This document shows positions 19,025-34,000 of a stretch of 64,000 nucleotides of DNA, in pieces (positions within the stretch are counted from its first letter, which is position 1; each line of letters begins with the position of its first letter). The notes under the pieces were generated by a model. That model was not told where the DNA came from and ran no database searches. It was given only the letters and a program-made list of their open reading frames with translations. The DNA lies in assembly GCA_964019335.1 (NCBI GenBank), contig OZ025654.1, positions 1 through 64,000 on the forward strand, written 5' to 3'. The position numbers were made by a program, and so were the translations under genes. The stretch comes from Diplonema japonicum. Lineage: Eukaryota > Protista > Euglenozoa: Diplonemea.

Positions 19025-22000
19025 TTAAACAGCATTGGGAGACGGGGACGTACACGGGCTAGCTTCTAAAGTGAACCCAAGGAGACCGGAATACCGACGT
19101 GGGTCGGTTTCAGGACTGGAAGCAAGTTCGTAAAGTGGAAAGCGGAGGGGGTTCTCAGGTGCAGTACCCTTTGGAGTATACTCTAAACTTTCGTTGTCTG
19201 GTGATGAAGGTTCCTTGGTAGGCTGGCTGAGTTCGCCAAAGCATACAGGCCACAGCTTGTGCATGTCTTCTTCCGTAGCCTTTTGCCCGTGTATTTTAGT
19301 TTCGACCTCCTGTTTTCTGTAGCTCTGCAATGCGGCGAATCGGTTCTTCCGGATCTTGCCATACCGGTCCATCCAGTACCCATACTCACGTGCAACGCCT
19401 TGTGTTGGCTCGTTGCTCCCTTCATTTTTGTTCCACGCCACACGTATCTTCCTCTCCATCTCTTTTTGTTTCGACTGCAAGTATTCTGGCATCTGCCTCT
19501 TCACTATGTCCATCACATACGTGGTCACCTCTTCCATGGACACGGCGCCATCACCGTCACGGTCAAGGTTCACCACCACCTCACGCTTTGCCTCTTTGCA
19601 TATTTGCCACACAAAGACTAACAGCACAGCAATACTTATTGACAGCACGCCAGCAGCCACAGCGGCCTCTTCCCCAGCAGCTGTGTCTTCCAAGTAAAAA
19701 AGCCCTAAGTTCAGCGTTGTGAAAATACTAATGAGGGACACGTTTTCCAACACCCACAGGACCCTGTATTTGTACGGCCGCATGAAGATGTTCAGAAAAA
19801 TAAACACGGCGATGACCCACATTGCCGCACACAACTGGTACTTCGGCCGCTTCTTCAGGAACACCACAACAAACACGATCATCATCTTCCGCAACATGGT
19901 CACCATTTCCCAGTAGTACCGTCTCTGCCTGTAGCCGCTGTAGAGAAACCCCAATGTTGACATCACTTTCTTCGTCCTTAGCACATCCACTTTGCGCGAC
20001 AGCAGGAGCCATCCTCCCAGCGGCAACCCGTACCCATACACTATAAACGTGAAAAGGGCGAAGTACCAGAAGGTGGAGTATGTCGACTCATCGCAGTCGA
20101 CGGACGCGTCCTCTAGCAGGAACTTGTGGCACGTACTAGCATCAATGCAGACAGGGTCACTACAGGTCAACATCAGCGCCACTTCCTTCATCAACGAAGG
20201 GTACAGCAAGAAGATCACTACCAACACGGTGACCTGATAAAAGTCACGCGTCCTATGCTGCGTGGTGATCCCGCATTCAGCTAGAGGTGACAATTTCGGT
20301 TGCGGAGGATACCGCAAATGACGGCTGCTGCCGTACCTGTGCAGTGCTCTGTCACAAGTCTCGCAGTAGAAGGCGTTGTGATGAGGGCAAAACCACACAG
20401 CAAACTCCTTGCGGCACAAAGAGCACTCCTCTATCACGTTCATGCTGAGGTCTTGCTCAAGCAGCGTTTTGTTTCGCGACTCCTCCTCATCATTCTCCCA
20501 GACCTCATCGGGGTCGGGGCTGTGTACCCCAGAAAACCCCATTTCCAATGGGCTCAGCAAGGGGCTCATCATTGACTCTTCGGCAACATCCTTCACAAGG
20601 AAACTACAGTCAGAGATAGCTTTCTTGATCTCGTCGTCTGTGAACCCCTGTTCTCTCCACGCCTCGAGCTTATCACCTGCGCGTCGAAGCCTAGCAGCTG
20701 CATACAACCGGTCATAGGGCAGCCTCTTGCTCAGCTCTAACGTATTGAAGGCCATGCATCTCCCATCCGTGCTCGGTACAGCTGCCATGCAAGAAAGCTC
20801 CCTGGCAGTGTCGCCCAACCATTTGAACTCGGCATCGTGATACCAGCGCGGGAGCCACGCGCTTCTCTCTGTACTAAGCGGTAGCTCGATCACGGGTTGT
20901 AGAGGAAAGCCTCTAGGAGACCGCGGTGGGGTTAAGGGCATCAAGCGGGTGAACCACTCCTTCTTCTTCCCTGCTACAATGTCAGCGCGTGTAACCTTCC
21001 AGAAGGGCTCCCGACCGTCTGTGTGGCACCTCATCATTTCGAACGTGTCGCTCACCACAGTCTTCATGTCGCTTGAGCCTCCCTCATAAAACAGGCTGTT
21101 GATGGCATCTTCTCTTTTCTTTGCAAATGAGAAATAGCGTGCGGGGTGCTTTGAAGAGGCCATCGCCAGGCCGTTGCGGCTGTGCAACGTATGCGACAGG
21201 CTGCACTGCTTCGCAGCGTCGAGAAATGGGAGCGGCTCGTGATGCTCAACCGGATAAGGCGGTAAAGTCTCCACTGCGTATTTCCTATATTTCTCAATCT
21301 CCATGTTGATGTTTGCTTCACTTTTTGTCTCGGCTCTTGTTTCCCTTGTTTCCGCCGCCCTGAAGCAGTCATGTAACAACTCAGTCAACACATCTTGTTC
21401 AGGCAGAATACGCTTCACGATATAAGGGAATCTCAGGTAATCCTGCATGCATTGTGACTTATAGCGCCGTTGTTAACATACCATGAACTTCAACCGTGCA
21501 ATACAAGCGTCCAGAAGATCACCACGAAAGCTGGTCTGCACGGCCTTAATGTTCAACTCATGCTCAGGGATGTCGCATTTATGCCAGCTACCGGCAATAA
21601 GCTCTTCCAATGTCGATCGCTCCCCAACACAGCCTACGCCGGGTGTAGGGTAGAGCTGTTCCAAAAGGCAGCAACGCTTGCAGAGCCAGCACCCGAATGT
21701 ACCTAACACCACACTTGCCTCCCAACGTACTTCCAACCGTTTGATGTCATCACTCGGCGTGACTTTCTGGATCTTGACAGGCGTGTAGGAAAAGGGAAGA
21801 GTGGCGTTCGTGGATTTCAGATACTCTAAGCTCACAGTGCCTACCCCCTTCGGGTTCGCTACCTTGTGCATCTCGATGTTTAGACCTAGGTCTTCTTCAA
21901 TAAGCCTTCCCATCTGCACACGCATCTCCGCTTTATTCTCCTCTGCAACACACCAGTCATACATCCAGTGGTACGGTGACTGGCACTCACAAGTACGCTC

Positions 22001-25000
22001 CACTAGCTCAGTGCTGGACAACGACAAATTTTCACGGAACAACTTCCAGATCATGAAAAACAGACCCAGCACAACAGTTAAAATGACTGGTGCCTGCGTG
22101 GTGTGTCGTGTAATGTGAGATCATACCAGCATCACGGAGGCAGACTTGGTGTAGTAGTCGATACTCAGTGTACAGTCAACAGATAGAACCCTTGTGCTGG
22201 GGCTTGCCTGTTAGGTATCTTGTAATTCCTACTTTACTTTTCATACCACTCCCTCTGTGCTGTACAGGGAGCCGACGATGCTGCTCCAATGTACCGCAAG
22301 GTCTCCTAGCAAAGAGGTCACCTAAAAGAAATACGAAGAAAGAACGCAATGAATGCATACATGCAGGTGATTCATAAACATCTTCATCATGACAGATACC
22401 TTTGGTGACTCTTTTACAAGTGGCCCGCTGCTAATATTTGCTAAAACGAGGACGATGACAACAATGAACACGATTACTGCACCCAGTGTAAGCAAGGCGT
22501 AGTTCGTAAAAGGTGAGGGGCACGGCGCACAAGATCCTCTACTTTTGCCGTATCCATAAGGGGCTTCAGGAGTGGAACTGCGCCTACAGCTTCCACAAAG
22601 GGGTCCAAACGCCCCCTGCGCGCATTGGAGTGAGGACCTGTTGTGCTCCGCTTCGCTGCTCACACCAGCTGTCGTAGGTGGCGGGTCGCCCAGACCGTTC
22701 CCCAAGCTGGAGGCCACACAATCCTCTTCGCATTCATGAGACTTGTAAGTCACTGGTTCCCTCCAGTATCCTATGTTGTTTCGCAGCGTGACATTCCCAT
22801 AGCACGTAAGTCCCTCTTCGCACACCCCGCACGAGGACAAGCACGCGTACCTATTCACAGCACTCACTTCTTTCAAAGCGCCCGACGCCTCGGAGTTCCT
22901 GGGGCCCGAGATGACCCTCTCCAGCTGCTGGTTCCAACAACCGAATTCGAATGAATATGCGAACATGCCACAAGTGTCCGTCAGCTGGCAGCAAAGAGAG
23001 GGCCGTATGACGACAGCAAGCTTGCCGGTCGCGTTATTCATCCTTTCGGAATGTAACAGCACCTGCGCCATATTTTTGTCTCTAATGTCCGCCTCGAAGC
23101 TAAGTTCGCAGCTCATACCATTCCAAATGGTGAACCTTGCTAGGGAGAAGCGTGCCTGTGCAGGGCCCCCAGTGCCCAAGTAGGAGTGTTGAGGAAGGTC
23201 GCTTGTTGCCTCGACCAACGCGAAGGAGCAGGCCATGTCCTCATGTTTCAAGATGTTCGCTTCTGTGTATTGTTCACCTCTTCTTTCAAACAAGATAGGC
23301 CCCAATGTAGGGTCACGTAGTTCGGGTACCCTTTTTGATACTTTCACAATGACAGTCACACCCTCTTCCTGCATGATGTAGTCTCTGTCCAGCGTGTTGC
23401 CGACCTCGTCTTGCACCTCGATGTTGTATTCTCTAGCCTTCGCGTCCCCGTTTGTGACTACTGTTATGGGAACAGAGCTCCATGCTAGCTTGAACGACAC
23501 ACCTGGCGTGATAAAGAAGTCGTAGACATGACGCAATGATCCGCCAACAGCACAGCTCCCTGTTTCTGGGAATGGAAGTTTCCCCTCTTCACCAGCACAG
23601 GACGGCAGCTTCTTGTCAATATCTTCCACCCGTACCCCATACTGCCTTGGCTGCGGCGACAGCACGTAAAACACGGCAGTTCCCACGCCGTTCACAAGAG
23701 TCACCACGTCACTGTCCTCAAACTCCACGCACTCACCTATTCCATTACAGGCTCCGTGCTGCAGGCAGCTACCAGACGAGCAATCAGAGGTATCCCACAC
23801 ATTCCCCGCACGCTGCCCTTCTAGGAATACCCTCACACGCCGTGTAACCGTATCGCCATCACCCACATCATTACCTGCCAAGTCCTTCGATGCGATAGTC
23901 ACATTGAAGGGGCCTACACGGCGCATTGCTTTTCGAGACTTTTCCAACGCAGTTTTAGACAACATCGGCTCTGATGCACCGAGCTGCACAGGGGGTCCGA
24001 CCTGCTTCGGCCCTTCAATGATATCTGCCCCTTTCAAACCTTCGGTGCAGTCAGCGCTGACGCATTGAGAAGAGACCTTGAGGGTAGCTGTGCTGGGCGA
24101 CACCAATGCGGTCTTCATGTCAACTTCAAGGGACCGCCCTGCACGGGCACTAAGGCCGATAGCGATGCAAGCGGTTCCGTCACCCTTAACCCCTGTTGCA
24201 CAACATGCCTGTCTGTCCGCATCTGAGAAAGCCGCTGCTGGGTAGATGTTTGTGCAGTAGTACTCGCACACAGGCCGCATGGTCCTGATGGTGCAGTGAT
24301 CGTCCAGCACGGCGCTCACGTCACATGTCAGTCCGTTCCCCCCGACACGAAACTCGAATGACACACGCAGCCTGTCGCCACCACTCATGGAATAGAATAT
24401 ACCGAACACACGAATGGTGTGCCCATATTCCCCGGCTGGCGGTGGGATATCGGTCCGCAGTCTTCTTGGGCTTATTTCACAAGGGCCTCTTACGCAGCTC
24501 TGCGGACATTCGGAAGTGGTGATCCTTGATGGAACGCTGAGAGGCGGTATGGCAAACTCGTACTGTGACAGGGCATCACCGTAGAATTCCCACGTTATTT
24601 GGTATTCCTTACCCGACTGTCCCCAAATGGAGAACAGGCTGCCAGTGGAACCAGGAACTCCGTAGCCAGCTATACCTTGGGCACTGAAAATTGGGTCAAA
24701 CACCCTGCGCAAGGAGACAGCTGCTTGCGACGAGTCAGCAAGAGGTGGTGTATTCCAACCGCACACGCCTTGTACTGTTCGGTCTTCGACGTTCCACATC
24801 CCTGGGTCCTGCGGCTGCGGCTCTGCACACAAGCCTGCTTGAGAGTCCGATGCGCTGCAGTCAGGTCTACACCGCGGCCAAGGATAAATCGTCTTTACTC
24901 TGACATACGTAGGGTTTTGGTTCGTGAACTCTGACACTGTGTTGCCCACTGCATCGAGCAGAACAAATTGCGGCTGCTTTGCTAGCTGCCTGTTAGTTGT

Positions 25001-28000
25001 CAATGTGTGCGTTGGGATAACCGAAGGGCTAGTGAACTCCACATGATCCGGGTACCCCTCAAGCACCGTGATGGTCATCTCGGCAGGCGATATGTGCTGA
25101 GCATCGGCAGTGACACGCAGTAAATAGGTTCCCTTTGCCGGGGCTCTCATTTTTATAGTTGGAAACGTACCCAATGATACTTTCAAGTGCACTTTGCTTG
25201 GCACAGCACCGTTCATTTCAACAATGGGAAAAGTTGTGCCGTACTTAACGGAGGCGAGCTGGCCTCCCGAAGTGAGTGTTGTGTTGACAGGAAGCACTGT
25301 AAGTGACACGCTTGTCTCTTCTGTTGAAATGTAGCTGCCTTCGTTATATTTATAAAGCACGTCTTGCCCACCGAGCCAGCTCCCGCCCCATCCGTGAAGT
25401 CCAATGCTGTTGTCCACGACACCGACGATGAGATCGAACGGCTGGTTTAGAGCAGCTAGTCTTTTCGTGATGGTACCGAACTGCCATTCTCCTGACACCG
25501 TCCAAAAGGGGCCGCCAGCAAGCGTCACCCATTCGCTGGCTCTTATAACTGACTGTTCGTTCATGAGCACATCCGCTAGCTGTAGTAGCTTGTAGTCGTA
25601 AACCTCATGCCGCAGTTGGTCATTGACATAGTCTCCTGAGGATAGCTTTCGCAGCCCCAGCGCATGAGAGGAGTTCAGCGGAAGCGCCCGTGCAAATGTG
25701 AACTGAGTCTCAAGTGCCTGTGAATACGCAGATTCTTCCTTCTTGAACTCAGGCATATCCAACTCGACGTTCCACATGCGAAGCCTGGCAGCGCCCCCCA
25801 CGTATCTATGGTAATATGCAGCCTTCACCACTGAGTCGTTGAAGGTCTTTATGTCATAACAGTGCTGTGCTTCTTCAAAACACTCCAGCCGTGATCGTTG
25901 ACAACATAACCCAGTGCTTACTTTGCTCATTTTAGCAATCGAACGAAAGTTCCAAGGAAGAGGATCGCATCGCAGAGTACAGCTGTCTAAGAAGGTCGCC
26001 CTGACTTGCGCAGCGAACGACCCGTTCGACGCATGTCGAAAGGTGCACACATACTGGCCGTGCTCGTCACTTGCGTGATGCGAAGACAAACTGAAGTCTT
26101 GGAATTCCCATCCTTTCACACTGATGGGGGTGTCGGAACCAACAGGGAGCTCCTCAGGTTCTACCCATGAGAGCAGCTTGCTGCCAACGTATTCATGTGA
26201 ACAGTCAACCATATGCATCTGCTTCTCAACAGACATGAGGCGTACTACAGGACCCGACCTTCTTGCCACTTCAAATTTAAGCGTGAAGTAGATCTCCTGC
26301 AAACTATGAGGAGTCGTCGACGAGTCTATCCTAAACTGCAGCGCACGTCCTGAGATGCCCACTGCTTTTACAGTCAGGTCTTTAAAGAGGTACGTAAAGT
26401 CTGTATTCGCAACGGCTGTGGAACCGGTCACCACAAGTAAAGACTTCCCGTCTGCTGTCAGCTGTTTGTCTGCCGCACTGACGGCAGCGCTGACGTACAG
26501 GTCGTCCTCTTCGTCCACCACTTTGTTCCCGCTGATGTCCACAATCTTCAGCTGTGGTTGTAAGGTCAGCGCCCCCCTGTTATGGGAGAACGGGGGAGGT
26601 TCGCGAAGGAATATTAGAGCGTGCTCAACACCTCCGACTACATGTACTGCTATCATGGCACTCAGGCCTCTCGGTGGGTAGGACAGTGTTATTTCATACG
26701 AGCCTTCGAGAGGCCTTCGTATCAACATGCCATCAAGAACAGCCAGTCCCTCGATGACAGGTGCCTCTGTGTCCCCCTCTAAGGTGATGCCTGCGTTGCG
26801 TCCTACCTTAGCCACCACGCTGCCTTTTACACTGTCGACCCACACATCACCCACAACTGTACCGAGCTCGTCCTTGAACAAAGCCGTGATGTTCAACATT
26901 GTCTTCTCAGCGCTCCTCACCTTTGCGTCCACTCCTAATGAGCACACCGAGTGGTTGCAAGACGAGCTGAACACGACTAGCTTCTGCGGCGGTCCTACGG
27001 ACGTGTACTTCATGCTAGGTGGAGAGTACAGTTGCCCATCTACGGTCACTTCCAGTAATCCTGTGAAGGGCGCATCGGTGGCAGGCTGCAGGCAGAGCGC
27101 TTTAGTATTTGTCACTACCGTTGCCGACTGCGTTACCCCGTTGACACGGCAGGACACGACGCTCGTTTCGAGGAGGTCGGAGCCGAGCACTGTTATGAGC
27201 ACATCTCGATTCATTGGACCGAAGCAGCCAAAGGACGCCCTCTCTTGCTGAACAACAGCACCGTCGACAATGTCTAAATACGTCATAGGTCCTGGAATGG
27301 TCATCACATTGCCAGGATGCGAAACCATCCAGCTGCCTGTGCTGTTGTATGTACCAAGTGTGCGCACAATAGGGCGCGTGACATACTTGGCAGTATAGGA
27401 GTTCTCCGACCATCGTTCGTCCGGGCCGATCGAGATCTCTAAAGGCAGATGCTGGCAAGGGGAGTACTGTGACGGCTTGCTGGCAGAACAGTTCAATTCA
27501 AAAGCACCCTGCCGCGAGCAAGTCGAGACAACGTCGCCCACCTTCATCAGGTGCCTGAAGTCATGCTCTGAGCTTGGAAGACCTACTGCCCTCACTGTTA
27601 CTTCAGTTTTCCCAGGCTCACCAGCGTCGATCACCTCGGGCGTGGCGTAGAGCACATCGTACATGTTGAACACGGACACCGCAAGCGAGGTACTGCTGAG
27701 AGACAGCGCGAACAGAGCCCGCCTCGGAGTGTCGGTCTGCAGGGACACAAGCGTTTCATTCGCATCCAAAGTGTGCGTGAAATTCGCGGAGAGAGATAAT
27801 GTGTCCAACTTCGTGAGCACAGAGGGCTTGTCACCGTCCTTTGTTGCTACGTATGCAAACTCCGTGTCTTCATCCATAACAGCATCAGCCACACCGTCAC
27901 CTCCCAACGACGCGACTGCCCAGCGGGCGAATAGACATCGTCCTTTCGACCATGTGCATTGTGCTTCAGTGCATTCTAGCTCTGTGTTTAGCGAACACAC

Positions 28001-31000
28001 AGCTACATCTCGCTGCACAACAGGCTGCAGCTTCACGTTACCAATATGCAACTTATAAAGCACGTGTTGCGAGCCACGATTTCCATCGGAGTCGGTGCGG
28101 ATAAGCAGCAGCACCATATTCATATGAACACCTTTGTTGCGCAGTTTCATCACATGCTCAACTCCTGTACAGTGCACGGCATAGCAGATCTTCAGCGGTA
28201 TGGGCTGTGCTGCTGTCATCACCTCACCTGCGGGCATAAAGACGTTCTGCACCACCACACGACTGCTGCTTGTGCCGAAAATAAGAGCGAACGGGATACC
28301 GTCGTAGGTACTAGTGTACAGGGTTGTGATAGATTCGAAGGACGTGAGCTCCAACTCCTGAACAGCAACATCAAAGGGCTCGAATGTCACACGCTTTAAC
28401 AGGTACTTCACGAACAGAGAAATCCCATCAACCACTTGCGATGCCTGTAGGACAGCCACAAAGCCACGAGAGTCCCATTTCACTGCTGTGATCTCGTATG
28501 TGTAATTCGACTCCGCGGCCCAAAACACCACTGAACGGGTTGGCCTGCAGTCTTGCAGTAAAGCAGACAAAAGACCCTCGCACTCTGTGGTGCACTCATC
28601 CGCAGAGCAAGGCCTTTCGTCTGCAAGCTCTACGCAGGCTCTCTCATTCTGCAAGCTGCGCACCACCCCTTGCATGCCCCTGTACACCACCTCAGTCCCT
28701 ACCGGACACTTTTCGAATGCTGATGCTGCCGGAGCGGAGCAATTGGTCTCTTCGTGGAATGCAGACGCTGGTATTCCTCTGAGGGGAAATAACTGTGCAA
28801 CATCTGACATGAGGATCCTTGCTACATACGGGGTACTCCCGCCCGTTACTATGTACAAGTAGCTCCCCACGTGTTGCAGCAGCAGTATTCTATCGCCTAA
28901 TGAGATACCAGAGCTAACAGCATGAGCTGACCATTCACTGTGAAAATGAGTGCTGAAATCGACTGAAGATGAAACAGGCTTCATCCACACGCCAATGGGC
29001 ACACTGTTGCTACTAACACCGCCAGCCGCTACAAGGAATTCTGCATCATTAATAACAGTATGCAACACAGCCCCCAAGGCCGTCTTAGTGCCCTGGTTGC
29101 TACGACTGAAAGACAACGGCCTCGACAACATAGGGCCATTCCCTGCAACTGCTGGGCTGCACGCATCTCCTGTATAGCCCTCAGCACAATCGCTGCATGT
29201 TGTCCCGCTATAATGTCCGTTGGCATCGTTATTGTAACAAATGCATGAACCTGTTAGCATGTTGCACGTTCCTCTAAGGTTGCACATGCACTCCTTCGTG
29301 CAAGTTTCACCCCAGTAGCTGTCAGTGCAGGTCTTGCAGTTGGTCGCAGGGTTCCAATGACCAAGTGCCTCATTATCAGAACAGTCACACAAACTGCCTG
29401 AGTTGCTGATGTAAGCCTTGCAACTGCCCTTCCCATTACAGTCGATCGCCGAGTCGCACAAAGTGCACCCTTCCGATGAGTCGCGCCAATTACTTGCTGT
29501 ATCGCACTTGCATTCACCATTATTGCACACTCCATTCCTAGCTACGCAAGCTGTGCAGGAGTCGGTGCACAGTGCCCCGTAGAAGCCTGATTTGCAGTTT
29601 GAGCAATACAGGCCTGCCCAATTTCCAGTACATGAATCAGGTACGCAGTGTCCAGAAGCTGTATCACATATGCCGTGGACACAGAGGCACTTGCTAGCAC
29701 AGTCGCTGCCCCAGAATAGCCTGTTGCATGTATCGCATGTTTCGCCTGTCCAGTAGCCGAACTCCTCCGATGCATAGCATGTGCAGACGCCTTCTCGGGA
29801 GCAGGTTCCATGTGCACATTGGCACTGCTTTGTGCAATCCCATCCATAGTACCCTTCGTGGCACTTACACATCGTGTGCTTGTTCTCTGTACTAGCATCA
29901 GAAATGCACACCCCCTGTGACTCCTCACAGCTCACATTCCCACAGTTGCTTATGTAATCTGCGCAAGTCTCACCGGTATATTTCATGTGGCACGTAAGGC
30001 AGAATGTGCCTGACCAATATCCCTCGTTGCTGTTTTGTATGCACTGTGAAAAATACGGTTCTTGAAAGTGCCCCATAGATGTATGGGTTGTTGTCAGGCT
30101 GTAGTTTGACGAGACGTAGGCAAGCACCCTGACCACCGCGAAGCCTGCGTTCAGAGGAACCATCGCGTCACAAACCTCCGTTGTATCTGGGGACGTTCTC
30201 TTGCATAAAGCATCTTGTTCCAGGCGTGCTAGTGCATCAGCAGTGAACGAAGGGGTGTCTATCACAACACGGTTTCTAGTGTTCTCACTAGTGACCGGGG
30301 AGTTATACGGGACAGCTACTGCAAGCCCTGATGAAGATATGACCTCTATCACCGGGGAGTAGACACTGCTGACGGCAATCTGCTTCCCCGGGATAGCCGA
30401 TCCCAAGACCACGCAGTCTTCCCCACATGCAGCAGCCCATCCTAAGTGATATTCCCTCGGCAAGAACATCGGGCGGCAGGAGCCTGTAGTCTTCAAGCCA
30501 ATTGTGAGGTTCCTGACACCTGGTGCCGTACCCCATTTCTGCAAGAGGAAATGCTGAAGGTTCAACACGGTCTTCTCCCCAAGCAGTGTATTTCCAATCA
30601 CCTTCGATGCCTTGATGTTCGCATCGCTGAACCCGATTGTGTCAACCTTGTTGGACGTAAGGTTAGCCTCTACCCACTTCCCACCACTGCGTGACAGCCA
30701 TGCCACCTCCGTCGATAAATCATACAGGTGGAGGACCGTCTCACCGCTGCAAGAAGCGCTGGTTCCTTGGTGCACTGTGAACACAGCGCTCTCAACGCTG
30801 TGTGCTGTCGGAGGGTAAACAATGTCGACCCATGAGAAGACAGCCACACTGCCTCCGCCAAGCGTGTAGGGTGCTGCCGACCTTCCGCAGCAGGGCTCTG
30901 TGTTGCTAGTAGCACCAGTACACTCGTCTACACACTCAGCTGCTACAGGCCCGCAGACTCCATCGCACACAGTACCCGATGCTGTCGTGTCACCTTCCAC

Positions 31001-34000
31001 AAAGTAAGTCGTCACGGTACCGTCACCTAAGGGCCTTTCACAGTACAGTCCTGATTTTACGCCTTTACAGTCGCACGTGCCATTCCCATAAATACCGTCA
31101 AAGCACGGGTGGCCACTGCACGGCACAGGTTCGCAAACGTGGCCGACCACTCTACATGCAGCGTCCTTAGCACACTCTGATTCTACCAAGCCGCCACAGC
31201 GGGGGAGATCGGCTGTCGGACATCTCAGGAGGCAGCCGGCGCCGTAGAAGCCTTTAGAACAGTCTTCGCACTTCATCCTTATAGGAGCAGCTTCGTTTTT
31301 GAAAACGCCGATCACATTGGGCCACCCTTCCCGCCACGCAAAGCCCCCCGGTAGGTACAGCTCATTTCCATAAATACGCGACACAATGGCGTTCGCCGTG
31401 ACGTTCATGAGCCTCGCGTCAAGCCACAAACTGTTGTAGCCGGAGAACCACCACCCACTGTGAGGCTGGTCCCACAGTGCGCTGGGTGAATACTCTCGAG
31501 AGGATGGATGGTGGAGGGTGGGGTATACGAAGTTGCGTGAATCTAGCGAGGACCCTAGGCTGCACCTCAAGCACCCTCGCGGGAAACTGACTGCACCGTT
31601 TGCGTCTGTCAGACACTCAGGGTGAGAGGCGTTGCACACAGGAGAGGCTGGATGGAAAAAGGAATCTTCACGGCAGCAATGCTTCCGCGGAACTCCTACG
31701 CCATCCTCAGAGCCTCCTCTATACAAGGGAACGAGATCTTCTGAAGTAGAGGGAGTGACTGATACACTGAATAGTAACCTGCTGCACCCGCTATAAGAAG
31801 GGACATTGATCCCTGTTATTACCTTTGTGACCATCCCATTGCTGGCGATATCCTGCTGCCTCCCAGGAGGGTAGCATTCACCCTCCCCAAGGTAGCCCCT
31901 GTCGACAGATGTCGTGTTGTATCCCCAGAACAGGAGTTTTGATCGCCACTCCGTAAGCCCATAGGCACCCGATACCTGTCGCATCCACTTCTTCTGCACT
32001 CCGCTGCTGGATACAGTTGCATAGAACAAAACCTCCTGTTCTTTCTTTCTCAAGTGTCGGGTGGTTGTATTCAGATGCATTCCGAGATTCGTTATCCCAC
32101 CGTCGTGCATTACAAAAAACACACCCTCCTGGCTCTCTGTTGAAAATAGCCATTTTGGGTCGGTGTGCCCTGACGTGTCTATCTTAGCAGGTTCATCTCC
32201 TCCATTCCAAGACCACAGCCCGACGTCGCCTCTGTTCGTGTCTACGCACTTGAACCTGTTTTGATAGATGTGCCCTTGGCGGGGGCATTGTTCTTGGAGG
32301 CAGTCGCCTGGTGCCCTCTCGACTCCGTCCTGCACTCCCAGAGACAGTAATATATGTCCTGTTTTAAGGACAACAGGCCTGAAGTAACCTCTGTTTAGGG
32401 GAGGTATCGAGGGGGTGAGCGTCTGGCCTCTGTGGGCCAATGTCACTATCTCAGCTGCAGCCATACCGCTGTCCCACCGCCACAGCTGTAGACCTGTTCC
32501 GTTGTTGTAGTGGAAGTAGACTTTACCCTTAAAGGCCACAAAACCAGGGTGACCTTGGATGTGATCACACTCCACAGGTAGACGCGCAACAGCAGGTTTC
32601 GCTATCTGAACGGCCTTCCCCGAAGCACCTGTAGTGCACCACACACCGATCTTCGTTGGTACAGGATACAAAAAACCAGCACGCTGACCACCGTAGCCAA
32701 TGCTGCTCGGCGCACATTCGTTTTCATTGAAGCTACTCCTGCTCTGCTCACCAAGAAGGAAGAGAAGATCTTCGCCGGATAGAGAGACGTGCGTGGCGTA
32801 GTACGGGAAAATCACGTCCCGAAGCAGCAGCTCAGGAGGGCCGACTGGTGTCCCCTCCGACAGTGAGACGAGGTGCTTCCATAATTGTGGCACCTGCGCA
32901 GATATCACGAATGGTGTGCCCGCGTCGCGCACGTCCATGACTGGAGCCTTGCCGCCCCCAATCCCACTGAACACAAGCATGTCGCTGTGGTAGCCAGTGG
33001 TGTTCGCAGGCATCTTGATGAGGTCCTTCGCCATGGTGTATGCTCGTATCCCACGCAGCTGCTCTTTCAGCACAGAAGATTCGGCATCAAAGTCAGGGTA
33101 GCTACGCGGAAACCCGTTTTGTGCACGTTGTGCGTTGTCGGCACCTTCAGACATTGCGGTCATCGACAGGTATAGCACCTCACGAGCTCCTTGGTAAACA
33201 TCCTCTCCAGCACCCCACACACCACCACACGCTTCAGGGTCGGTTGTTGCAAGGAAATACATCACATTACCAATTTGCACAAAGTCTGTTGGGTCTTGAT
33301 ATGCAGCCGTGTCGCACGACTCATTGGACACGTATTTGTGAACGCTTTTCAGAGGACTGCCGTCGCAGATGTCTTCCGATACTTGCGCTTTGTAGTATGG
33401 CTGCCCTCCCTGCCTGACTGACAGCTGCCTGTCCTCAGTCGCAAGAAAAAGTACGTCAGGTACTTTCCATGCCTGTTTGTGCATCAGTACTTCAGCTTTC
33501 GTAAAGTTTGGCCGGCACATTGCGATCCCTTCGGTGACGAGTACGAATGAGAGGTCAACCGGAAGCGATTTGCGGACAGTGTGCATCCGCATCCAGCCGG
33601 TGATGTCAATGTCAAGTACCTGCCCATCGTCTGCCCTGTGGTGGATATATGAGGCTACTTCCTCAAAGAACCGCGCGGACGAATTAATACCCATCCACTG
33701 CAGCTCAGGGTGATCAGAAGCCTGTCCCCTTAAAGTGCTCTGCCATGTGTACGCAAGCTCGTCGATCTGCTCAACGCACACGCGCCCTTCACACACGAGC
33801 CCATCCCCGCATGGGCATTCCGTTGTGCTCATTGAGCATTGGCCTCTCAAACAAGTCAAGCCTTCTACACATACGCACTGCTGTAAGGCCGAGACATGAA
33901 CAGCCCCACTTACACAGCTCCTGTCGGAATAAGGGTTGTAGACTCCACAAGGAACAACTCCTTCGTCAGCAGCCGCCAACGGTATGCCGCTTGGCTGAGT

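Noticed and set aside
19025-22072. ORFs 19025..21448 and 21473..22072 as separate genes
   Set aside because: They join the 6726-aa ORF in frame through four GTATG...AG introns.
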